A DNA stretch of 32,000 bases from positions 1,140,001-1,172,000 of the forward strand of contig NZ_CP011391.1 in the NCBI RefSeq assembly GCF_001564455.1, read 5' to 3'. A program made the position numbers and the translations under genes. Below, in pieces: positions 25,191 to 32,000 of the stretch; position 1 is the first letter of the stretch; each line of letters begins with the position of its first letter. The DNA comes from Faecalibaculum rodentium (lineage in GTDB: Bacteria; Bacillota_I; Bacilli_A; Erysipelotrichales; Erysipelotrichaceae). Below the pieces are notes generated by a model. That model ran no database searches. It was not told the DNA's origin and saw nothing but the letters and a program-made list of their open reading frames with translations.

Positions 25191-26086
25191 TACAGGGCAC
25201 CCAGACTGCGGACGAAGTACACCATGAAGCTGATCGCCACGATCAGGGCCACAATCAGAAGAAACAGTACGATGTTCAGCGTACGGCTGGAATTTTTCTG
25301 CTTTCTTGCCGGCAGCTCCTCGTCATAGTCTTCCACGCGGATGCGCATTTTTGCACTGGGCATATCTTCGGTATCCCCGGGTTTCCGGTTCCGGGAAGAA
25401 GAGGATTCCTTTTTTATGCCTGCAGCAGCTGCCGGCCGAACCTTTTTCTTCTTTTTCTTTTTGCGCGGAGTTTCGGCTTTTTCCTTTCGGACAGGATGTG
25501 TTTCCGGTTCCGGTTTCCGGGTGGTGAGCACATCCAGCTGGTCATTCTCTTCAAATTCATCTGCGCGGATGTCGCCAGCAGTCAATACGATCCGGCGGTT
25601 GGCCGTTTTCTCGAGAAGGGTCTCCCGGGCAGCAGGTTCCTCTTCTTTCGGTTCTTCCAGGTTCAGGGTGATTTCCCGGGTGGTCCTGGGCATTTTCATC
25701 GTGGAACCAAAGTCCTCCCTGGGTTCTTCCATGGGAAGGACATGGGCTTTCCTTCTCTCCTTGTCTGTTTCCGGCTGGTCGAGCTGCTTCAGGATATTGA
25801 TCTGTGTATCATCGGTATATCGGTTGCCGTTATCGATATTATATTGCTTCACTTCGCCGAGAAGTTCGTCAATCACCGGACTGGTCGGCAGATCCGGCTC
25901 GGCCGGTTTCGGGGCGGTTTCCTCATGGGGAAAATATGCCTTGGCTGCATGCGGCAGCGAGTTGGAACTGGACTGGACTCTGGACAGTCTGGCAGCTTTG
26001 ACGGGTGTCGCCTGAGCCTGCGTGGTTTCTTCGTCCAGATGGTCTCTCAGTTCCTGATATTTTTGCGTTCTTGAAAGTTTCGCCAT
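25190..26086 (-). CDS. Lys/Glu/Pro-rich low-complexity protein with a C-terminal transmembrane anchor
   Basis: ATG 26086 is preceded by AGGAGG and a TATAAT box. The protein contains KKKKKKK and ends in LNIVLFLLIVALIVAISFMVYFV. The ORF-track start at 26119 has no SD. Confidence 0.6.
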   Translation of the reverse strand: MAKLSRTQKYQELRDHLDEETTQAQATPVKAARLSRVQSSSNSLPHAAKAYFPHEETAPKPAEPDLPTSPVIDELLGEVKQYNIDNGNRYTDDTQINILKQLDQPETDKERRKAHVLPMEEPREDFGSTMKMPRTTREITLNLEEPKEEEPAARETLLEKTANRRIVLTAGDIRADEFEENDQLDVLTTRKPEPETHPVRKEKAETPRKKKKKKKVRPAAAAGIKKESSSSRNRKPGDTEDMPSAKMRIRVEDYDEELPARKQKNSSRTLNIVLFLLIVALIVAISFMVYFVRSLGAL

Positions 26087-26149
26087 GGTTCCTCCTAAAT
26101 TCACCAGTACATTATACAATCAATTTCAGCGTCCTGACACAGATGGGCA

Positions 26150-26170
26150 GAAAAAGGCCCTGCAGGGCCC
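26150..26170 (-). terminator. Rho-independent terminator after efp
   Basis: The structure is ggccc-tgca-gggcc, followed on the - strand by TTTTTCT. Confidence 0.6.
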
Positions 26171-26235
26171 TCGTCAGAACGAACCATCAGGATCGTTCTG
26201 CTGCCAGGCCGCCGGCAGGGCATTTGACTCGGTTG

Positions 26236-26796
26236 TTATTTTGCGCGGCCGGAATACTTGCCGTCACTGGTGTTTACGACAATCATTTCGCCTTCTTCGA
26301 TGAACAGAGGAACCTTCACTTCCAGACCGGTTTCCATTTTTGCGGTCTTGGAAGCGGAAGTTGCGGTATCACCCTTGACTGCCGGTTCGCATTCCACGAT
26401 CTGCAGTGTGGCTTTGTCAGGCAGGGCAATGCCGATGATTTCCCCTTCGTAGCTGGAGATGTTCACGTTGTCGTTTGCCTTTACAAACTTGCGCTCCCAT
26501 TCCAGTCTGGACATGGGGATTTCCACCTGTTCATAGGTTTCATTGTCCATGAAGACCATGGCATCATCTGTATCATACAGATACTGCATTTCCTTCTTTT
26601 CAATCATGGCCGGTTCGACTTTTTCGCCGCCGCCCCAGGAAAGCTCCACATTGGATCCCGTACGCAGGTTGCGGACCTTGGCCTTGACAACCATGGCACT
26701 GCGGGCTGTCTTGTTCTGAGAGATGTCCAGAACCACGTAAATGTCCCCGTCAACGTTGATGGTCTGACCGGGTTTTAAATCATTCGAACTGATCAT
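26236..26796 (-). CDS. efp: Elongation factor P with Arg at the loop-tip position
   Basis: Collinear with EF-P from MISSNDLKPGQ to the C-terminal VNTSDGKYSGRAK. ATG 26796 is chosen because it aligns with typical EF-P N-termini. The beta3-beta4 loop reads QNKTARSAMVVK instead of [12 protein letters not shown]. Confidence 0.9.
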   Translation of the reverse strand: MISSNDLKPGQTINVDGDIYVVLDISQNKTARSAMVVKAKVRNLRTGSNVELSWGGGEKVEPAMIEKKEMQYLYDTDDAMVFMDNETYEQVEIPMSRLEWERKFVKANDNVNISSYEGEIIGIALPDKATLQIVECEPAVKGDTATSASKTAKMETGLEVKVPLFIEEGEMIVVNTSDGKYSGRAK

Positions 26797-26870
26797 AGAT
26801 GATTTCACTCCTCGTTTTTTACCATTATAAATGTAAAGACCCCTTGGGGATTTGTCAAACTGTGTCCGGG

Positions 26871-27005
26871 CAAAAGAAAAAGCGCATTGCGCTTTTTCTC
26901 ATATCGAAAGGAATCGATAACAGATAAATCCGCCTGACCGTGTAAGGAAGGATGTTGCCGGTCAGGGCGTCGGAACTGAGCCGTGTTCCGATTTATTTTA
27001 CCCAT
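26871..27005 (-). ncRNA. Candidate small RNA or efp leader of about 135 nt
   Basis: A good promoter is followed by two hairpins (7 bp at 26970-26991, 10 bp at 26931-26969). The unit ends in the terminator GAAAAAGCGC-AAT-GCGCTTTTTC-TTTTG (26871-26898). Confidence 0.4.
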
Positions 27006-27009
27006 TGAC

Positions 27010-27038
27010 ATAATAGCGCATTCAGACAGGTATGTAAA
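27010..27038 (-). promoter_or_regulatory. Sigma-70-type promoter, TTTACA then 17 nt then TATTAT
   Basis: The - strand reads gggTTTACAtacctgtctgaatgcgcTATTATgtcaatg. Confidence 0.5.
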
Positions 27039-27106
27039 CCCTTACAGTTTGTTAAACACAGACAGGCTCAAGACGGGTCCATGGCATTCCTGAATATCGT
27101 CTCCAC

Positions 27107-27127
27107 AAAAAAACGCCCGGCAGGGCG
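27107..27127 (-). terminator. Rho-independent terminator after nfnB
   Basis: On the - strand the structure is cgccc-tgcc-gggcg followed by TTTTTTT. Confidence 0.75.
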
Positions 27128-27173
27128 CTTTGATTCTGTCAGCAGGTATGTTCAATCATGAAACAGATGAGAA

Positions 27174-28562
27174 TCAGTCAGTCTGTCCGTTCAGCCAGGC
27201 ATCCATGGCCGCAGCCGCTTTTTTCCCGGCTCCCATGGCAGATATCACAGTGGCAGCACCGGTCACGGCATCGCCACCTGCATACACACCTTCCCGGCTG
27301 GTCTGTTCGTGTTCGTCCACCACGAGACAGCCACGGCGGTTCACATCCAGTCCTTCCGTCGTGGAGCGGATCAGCGGATTGGGACTGGTGCCGATGGCCA
27401 TGATCATGCAGTCGGCATCAATCACAAACTCGGATCCTGGAATGACTACCGGACGTCGACGGCCGGATGCATCCGGTTCCCCGAGTTCCATGCGGACGCA
27501 TTTCACAGCCCGGATCCAGCCATCCTCGGTTCCCAGGACTTCCACCGGATTGCAGAGCAGGTCGAAAATGATGCCTTCTTCCATGGCATGTTCCACTTCT
27601 TCCTTCCGGGCAGGCAGTTCCTCAAGGCTCCGTCGATACACGATGTGGACCTCGGATCCCAGCCGTCTGGCGCAGCGGGCGGCATCCATCGCCACGTTGC
27701 CTCCGCCGACAACCACCGTTTTCTTCGGATGCTGCACAGTGGTGGGGCTGCCCTCGCGGTAGGCTTTCATCAGGTTGATCCGTGTGAGGAATTCATTGGC
27801 GGAATAGACCCCTTTAAGGTTTTCTCCCGGCAGACCCATGAAATTCGGCAGTCCGGCTCCGGAACCGACAAAGACAGCCTCGAATCCCTGCTCCATCAAG
27901 GCATCGATGGTATCCGACCGGCCGACGACAAAGTTGGTCACGATCTCGACACCCAGATCCTTCAGCGTTTCGATTTCCTTCTGGACGATCGCTTTCGGCA
28001 GCCTGAATTCCGGAATGCCATACATCAGCACACCGCCGGCCACATGCAGGGCTTCGAAGATCGTGACATCATATCCACGTCTGGCGAGGTCACCCGCCGC
28101 AGTGAGGCCGGCAGGACCGGCTCCGACGACAGCCACTTTCCGGCCGTTGGAGGCTGGTCTTTCTGCGTGCTCCACACTGTTTTCCCTGTGCCAGTCAGCC
28201 ACGAAGCGTTCCAGTCGCCCAATGCCCACAGGCTGTGCCTTGATGCCGCGGACACAGTACTTTTCACATTGTGACTCCTGCGGACATACACGTCCACAGA
28301 CAGCCGGCAGCGAGGATGTCAGGGCAATGATCTGATAGGCGTCTTCATATTCGCCTTCCTTCACCTTTTCGATGAATTCCGGAATGTTTACATTGACCGG
28401 ACAGCCATTGACACAGGGTCTGTGTCGGCAGTGCAGACAGCGTTCGGCTTCTTCTCTGGCCATCGCCTCTGTGTAGCCCAGTGCCACTTCATCGAAGTTG
28501 GTGATCCGGATCCCGGGATCCTGCACCGGCATGGCTGTTTTATCGGGTTTCATGTTCGGCAT
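27174..28562 (-). CDS. nfnB: NADPH-dependent glutamate-synthase-small-chain-like oxidoreductase (NfnB/SudA type)
   Basis: N-terminal Fe-S cysteines CLHCRHRPCVNGCP. Two dinucleotide-binding motifs are VAVVGAGPAGL and VVVGGGNVAMD. The gene is adjacent to and overlaps the NfnA-like gene. Confidence 0.8.
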   Translation of the reverse strand: MPNMKPDKTAMPVQDPGIRITNFDEVALGYTEAMAREEAERCLHCRHRPCVNGCPVNVNIPEFIEKVKEGEYEDAYQIIALTSSLPAVCGRVCPQESQCEKYCVRGIKAQPVGIGRLERFVADWHRENSVEHAERPASNGRKVAVVGAGPAGLTAAGDLARRGYDVTIFEALHVAGGVLMYGIPEFRLPKAIVQKEIETLKDLGVEIVTNFVVGRSDTIDALMEQGFEAVFVGSGAGLPNFMGLPGENLKGVYSANEFLTRINLMKAYREGSPTTVQHPKKTVVVGGGNVAMDAARCARRLGSEVHIVYRRSLEELPARKEEVEHAMEEGIIFDLLCNPVEVLGTEDGWIRAVKCVRMELGEPDASGRRRPVVIPGSEFVIDADCMIMAIGTSPNPLIRSTTEGLDVNRRGCLVVDEHEQTSREGVYAGGDAVTGAATVISAMGAGKKAAAAMDAWLNGQTD

Positions 28563-29410
28563 TATCGCACCTCCTGGTTCAGAAGCCGGCAGGCTTCTTC
28601 CCGTTCACGCTGCTCGAAATCCAGATAGGCACGGTTCCGGCTGGCGGCTTCATCAAAATCCACCAGGGCCCCGTCAAAGTCCGGTCCATCCACGCAGGCA
28701 AACCTGATTTCATCTCCGACCTTCAGCCGGCAGCCGCCGCACATTCCGGTCCCGTCGATCATGATGGGATTCATGCTGACAACCACCGGGATTCCATATT
28801 TCTGTGCAGTCCTGGTCACGAACTTCATCATGACGATCGGACCAATGGCGATGACTTTGTCAAAATGGTGTCCAGCCTGAATCAGCGCTTCGAGCTTGTC
28901 GGTCACGAGCCCTTTCTCCCCGGCCGTTCCGTCGTCGCTCATCAGGTGGAACTCATCACTTGCAGCCCGGAACTCGTCTTCCAGGATCACCAGGTCTCTG
29001 TTTCTGAACCCGGTGATGGCCGTGACACGCTTTCCTTCATCATGGAAAGCACGGGCTGTCGGCAGCGCTATGGCACACCCCACACCGCCTCCGATGATGC
29101 ATACAGAGTCCCCTTCGATTTCACTGGGTCTGCCGAGCGGGCCTGCAAAGTCCTGCAGTTGCTGTCCTTCATCCATGGCATTCAGCAGCATCGTGGTTTT
29201 TCCCACGACCTGGAAAATGATCGTCACTTCCCCGGTCTCGGGATCTGCACCGGCAATCGTCAGCGGGATGCGCTCCCCTGCCTCATCCACACGCAGAATG
29301 ATGAACTGCCCCGCTTTGGCCCGTCTGGCCACGTGGGGGGCATCGATCACCATCCTGGTTACGGTGGGATTCAGTGCTTCCTTTTTCAGAATTTTATACA
29401 TTTGGCTCAC
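28562..29410 (-). CDS. nfnA: Ferredoxin-NADP reductase-like FAD/NAD-binding subunit (NfnA/SudB type)
   Basis: About 280 aa. FNR-like fold motifs are GQFIILR and IIGGGVGCA. The C-terminal cluster cysteines are GTGMCGGCR..CVDGP. Confidence 0.8.
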   Translation of the reverse strand: MSQMYKILKKEALNPTVTRMVIDAPHVARRAKAGQFIILRVDEAGERIPLTIAGADPETGEVTIIFQVVGKTTMLLNAMDEGQQLQDFAGPLGRPSEIEGDSVCIIGGGVGCAIALPTARAFHDEGKRVTAITGFRNRDLVILEDEFRAASDEFHLMSDDGTAGEKGLVTDKLEALIQAGHHFDKVIAIGPIVMMKFVTRTAQKYGIPVVVSMNPIMIDGTGMCGGCRLKVGDEIRFACVDGPDFDGALVDFDEAASRNRAYLDFEQREREEACRLLNQEVR

Positions 29411-29429
29411 CTCACCGATAAATCATAAC

Positions 29430-29455
29430 AAAAAACCGGCTTCTTTCGAAACCGG
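29430..29455 (-). terminator. Rho-independent terminator after the phospholipase-C-like gene
   Basis: On the - strand CCGGTTTC pairs with GAAGCCGG (one mismatch) across the loop GAAA, followed by TTTTTTG. Confidence 0.7.
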
Positions 29456-29464
29456 TATCAAAAA

Positions 29465-30442
29465 TCAGTATTTAAAATCGATGATGTCAAAATTGACCAT
29501 CGGGCAGTCAGTAGTCATGTTTGTGTCATACCCCCGGTCATCCAGGAATGCAAGGAATGCATGATCGGCAGCCGGATCGTTCACGGCATCCATGAACAGT
29601 GACATCGCTGTTACGGCCTTTTCCACGGCCTTGTCATACAGGTCCAGGAAGGAGTCCGTGAATGTGAGGGTGCCGTCACAGGGATGAGTCCACCGCCTGT
29701 GCTGCAGATTCATGACATCCCAGTTGTCCTCGATCTGCGCAGGCACGACCAGGCCGGAAATCAGGTTTTCCTTCCCCAGCCATTTCTCCATGGTTTTCAG
29801 CGTCTGTTTTTTTCCACCGCCTGCGTCATAAAACCTCTTCTGCATGCTGTGCCAGTCATCCAGGGAATCGGCTATCAGGTGCGGCTGAATGTCGTCCTGA
29901 AAAATCTGCGCGATCGCCGGAACATAGATACGGGCAATGGCCCGTTTTTCTTCCCGGCTGGCATCCGCAATGGAAGGAAAGTGAAACTCCCGGATAGTCT
30001 GATCGCGCTTGATCTTCAGCATGATCGCGTCGATCAGGCTCTCCATGGTGTGATGACGGGTGGAACTGTCCGCAGTTCCGTCTCCGGTCCGGGCATAAAT
30101 GTATGGATGAGCTGTGGAGTCCAGAGCCCAGTGGCACAGGTGTCCGCAGACATAAGCTTCCATGTCGAGCCTGATTTCCGGACTTTTTTCCCGGCGGATG
30201 GATTCCAGCGCCGACAGGTAGAACTCATTGATGTGGCTGTGGTGGAAGCGGCCTCCATACTGCCGGATCCTGGCCGGTTTCCAGAAGGAAACAGGGTTGA
30301 GTCCCTGGAAAAACAGGAAGTCCGGACCGCTGGACCCGATTCCCACAAGATGTGCGCGGGATTCCAGCAAAGACTGTATATCGGCCGGCATCCGGCCGGC
30401 TGCTTCCTGGGCAAGCAGTGCATGGGTGATGAGATTGGGCAT
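29465..30442 (-). CDS. Zinc-dependent phospholipase C-like family protein
   Basis: The N-terminal MPNLITHALLA and His-rich blocks (GGRFHHSHINEFY, GHLCHWALDSTAHPYIY) are typical of this family. Confidence 0.6.
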   Translation of the reverse strand: MPNLITHALLAQEAAGRMPADIQSLLESRAHLVGIGSSGPDFLFFQGLNPVSFWKPARIRQYGGRFHHSHINEFYLSALESIRREKSPEIRLDMEAYVCGHLCHWALDSTAHPYIYARTGDGTADSSTRHHTMESLIDAIMLKIKRDQTIREFHFPSIADASREEKRAIARIYVPAIAQIFQDDIQPHLIADSLDDWHSMQKRFYDAGGGKKQTLKTMEKWLGKENLISGLVVPAQIEDNWDVMNLQHRRWTHPCDGTLTFTDSFLDLYDKAVEKAVTAMSLFMDAVNDPAADHAFLAFLDDRGYDTNMTTDCPMVNFDIIDFKY

Positions 30443-30445
30443 AAT

Positions 30446-31918
30446 TTACTCCTTTGCCGCCTGGATCAGGCCATGAAGGACCAGATACTCGGCGTATGTA
30501 TCCATCTGACAATAACGGTCCAGTTCTTCCCGGATCCGCTTTCTTGTCTGTTCATCAGCAGTTTCATAACAGCGGTAGGCCCTGACAGCCTGCAGGCCAT
30601 CGTGTATCGCAAGCCGGTTGTAGACAGGATCGTCAGTGAACATCTGCACGATCTGTTTCAGGGAAAAGCGGCTTTTCATGCGGAGGTCGTAGTACAGGCC
30701 GGTTTCGAAGGGTTTCGCAAGGTCCTTCATGCGCTCCCAGATCTTTTGCAGTTTCAAGGCGTATGCGGGAAACTGCACCGCCAGCTGTTTGAGTCGGAGG
30801 CGCTCGGCTCCTTCCATATTATAGACAAAGATGGTGCCTTCGGCAGGAACCGATGCCAGCAGACGGTCCAGAAATTCTTTCCGGCAGTCTCCCCAGCCAA
30901 AATACGAAGTATGTTCCAGACCGGAATCTGTCTCTGTGTGCAGAGAAAACTGGAAGCAGAGGACATCGAAGGATTTCATTCCTTCATAGGGCGGAACCGC
31001 AAAGGTGTCCCATTCGAAATCCAGATAGGAGAACGGAGGCTTTGCGTCCGCGAGCCATTCACCAAGGTCCGGTCTGCTGATCCACGGACTGGACAGACTT
31101 GCCTGGTATTGCGCCCAGGCAACTGGATACTCCTGAAGCCCGGCGGGATCCAGCTGACTGATCGGTCCTTCCCGGATCTCGAACCGGTGCGGCACAGAAC
31201 GCAGAAACAGGGTGTCATCCCCGGAACGCCTGTCTGTCTGGAAACAGTCATCATAATAGGTACACCGCTTGCCCAGAGCACAGCTCCGGCTGTTGACCGC
31301 CGGCGGGCAGGGTCCTTCAAACAGGGCACAGGCTTCATCCACGAGCTGGTCGAGATCCGGGTGCATGGTTTCCTGGAGACTGGCAATGGTCCGCGAGGGA
31401 TGGTGTTTCCGGTTTTCCAGACAGTCGCTTTTTACAAACAAAGCAGAAAGATCCAGTTTCTGGCCACGTACATACTGCCGGCTGATTGAGACTGCTTCCT
31501 GTTCCCGGATGTCGATGCCGGCTTTTTGTGCGATGAGCCGGGCAATGTCCATGAGCCAGGCTTCGGTTTCCCGGGCTGTCATCATTGGCCAGATGGCTTT
31601 CCAGCCAGTATCCAGTTTCTGCAGCCACGGAATCGTCACCCGCAGTCCATGCCAGCTCATCCGTACGAATCTGGCAGACTCTCCCGGCTGAAGAGAGCCC
31701 AGAATCCGCATGGTGTCTTCCATTGTATCCCCGCGATGTCCCTGCGGTGTATCATCCAGGTCATAGGCACGGCTCCAGAGAGCAGAAAAGGGTTCCTTCA
31801 TATGATAAAACGGAAGACTGTTGTCACCACGGCTGTGATAGTGCAGCCAGGCCAGTCGCGGACAACGTTTCATGCGAATCAGGTCCTGGCCATGAAGCAT
31901 GATTTCCGGACGATTCAT
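30446..31918 (-). CDS. DUF2779-like protein with a Cas4/RecB-like N-terminus, a Cys cluster and a DnaQ-like C-terminal half
   Basis: CPRLAWL lies near the N-terminus. The Cys cluster is CALGKRCTYYDDC. The block YLDFEWDTFAVPPYEGMKSFDVLCFQFSLH matches the DUF2779 hallmark. Confidence 0.65.
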   Translation of the reverse strand: MNRPEIMLHGQDLIRMKRCPRLAWLHYHSRGDNSLPFYHMKEPFSALWSRAYDLDDTPQGHRGDTMEDTMRILGSLQPGESARFVRMSWHGLRVTIPWLQKLDTGWKAIWPMMTARETEAWLMDIARLIAQKAGIDIREQEAVSISRQYVRGQKLDLSALFVKSDCLENRKHHPSRTIASLQETMHPDLDQLVDEACALFEGPCPPAVNSRSCALGKRCTYYDDCFQTDRRSGDDTLFLRSVPHRFEIREGPISQLDPAGLQEYPVAWAQYQASLSSPWISRPDLGEWLADAKPPFSYLDFEWDTFAVPPYEGMKSFDVLCFQFSLHTETDSGLEHTSYFGWGDCRKEFLDRLLASVPAEGTIFVYNMEGAERLRLKQLAVQFPAYALKLQKIWERMKDLAKPFETGLYYDLRMKSRFSLKQIVQMFTDDPVYNRLAIHDGLQAVRAYRCYETADEQTRKRIREELDRYCQMDTYAEYLVLHGLIQAAKE

Positions 31919-32000
31919 GATCCGTAGGCTTCCATCAAAGCCGAAATGCGGTCTTTGAATTCCTGCTGCTGATCTGCCGGGGATTCAAGAATGACCGTTG
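31915..32000 (-). CDS. 3' end of an unidentified ORF that continues past the window
   Basis: The open frame ends ..QQQEFKDRISALMEAYGS*. Its TGA overlaps the ATG of the next gene (ATGA). Confidence 0.4.
   Translation of the reverse strand, partial: TVILESPADQQQEFKDRISALMEAYGS

Noticed and set aside
26931-26969. SRP (4.5S) RNA helix 8. The + strand loop GUAAGGAAGGAUG recalls the GGAA tetraloop followed by GGAAGCAGC.
   Set aside because: The pairs that should close the tetraloop do not form here. The AGCA symmetric-loop motif is missing. The long complementary 5' and 3' arms of SRP RNA are absent. The promoter and terminator logic favours the - strand.
26805-27011. A 68-aa - strand ORF upstream of efp, considered as a possible leader peptide.
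   Set aside because: It reads straight through an intrinsic terminator and the efp -10 region. It has no SD and no polyproline or other stalling motif.
29684-31489. A 601-aa + strand ORF spanning two - strand genes. Similar long antisense ORFs lie at 24078-25328 (416 aa), 22066-23301 (411 aa), 27309-28274 (321 aa), 12942-13748 (268 aa), 8627-9406 (259 aa), 26005-26778 (257 aa), 10911-11663 - (250 aa, antisense to radA), 15779-16474 (231 aa), 16821-17504 (227 aa), 21346-22023 (225 aa) and 17601-18227 (208 aa).
   Set aside because: Each lies opposite a gene with clear family motifs (DUF2779/PLC-like, der/cmk, gpsA, nfnB, integrase, addB, efp, radA, transposases, msrA). They cross gene boundaries, have Arg/Gly/Val/Phe-heavy shadow-frame composition and lack an SD. 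They are typical stop-poor antisense frames.

Overview
This window looks like a chromosomal segment of a Bacillota (Firmicutes)-type genome with moderate GC. All calls come from reading the sequence and the ORF track. No database search was possible. Positions 1-11.7 kb hold a dense recombination-repair cluster: a RecJ-like gene, an unknown 371-aa gene and addA on the + strand, addB convergent on the - strand, then recX and radA. Positions 11.7-14.5 kb are the accessory-looking part. They hold a small 87-aa gene with its own terminator, then about 530 bp with no credible ORF. That tract carries a helically phased array of GACTG motifs and a perfect 15-bp inverted repeat. Next comes a tyrosine recombinase translationally coupled to a tail-less SSB-like OB-fold gene. 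Positions 14.5-19.0 kb hold cysE, a doubtful 90-aa ORF and two intact insertion sequences 35 bp apart, both with 8-bp target duplications: an IS1595-family element and an IS66-family element with tnpB and tnpC but no tnpA. Positions 19.2-32 kb are a long run of - strand genes. They are an MBL/alkyl-sulfatase-like protein lacking HxHxDH, a VanY-like protein lacking the first zinc-binding His, msrA, hup, gpsA, der, cmk, a Lys/Glu-rich tail-anchored protein, efp, nfnB-nfnA, a Zn-phospholipase-C-like gene, a DUF2779-like gene and a partial ORF. The best candidates for something undescribed are the SSB-like/recombinase pair with its GACTG array and ORF-free tract, and an EF-P with Arg at the normally modified loop tip, preceded by a promoter-hairpins-terminator unit (an sRNA or an efp leader). 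No tRNA, rRNA or CRISPR array was found.
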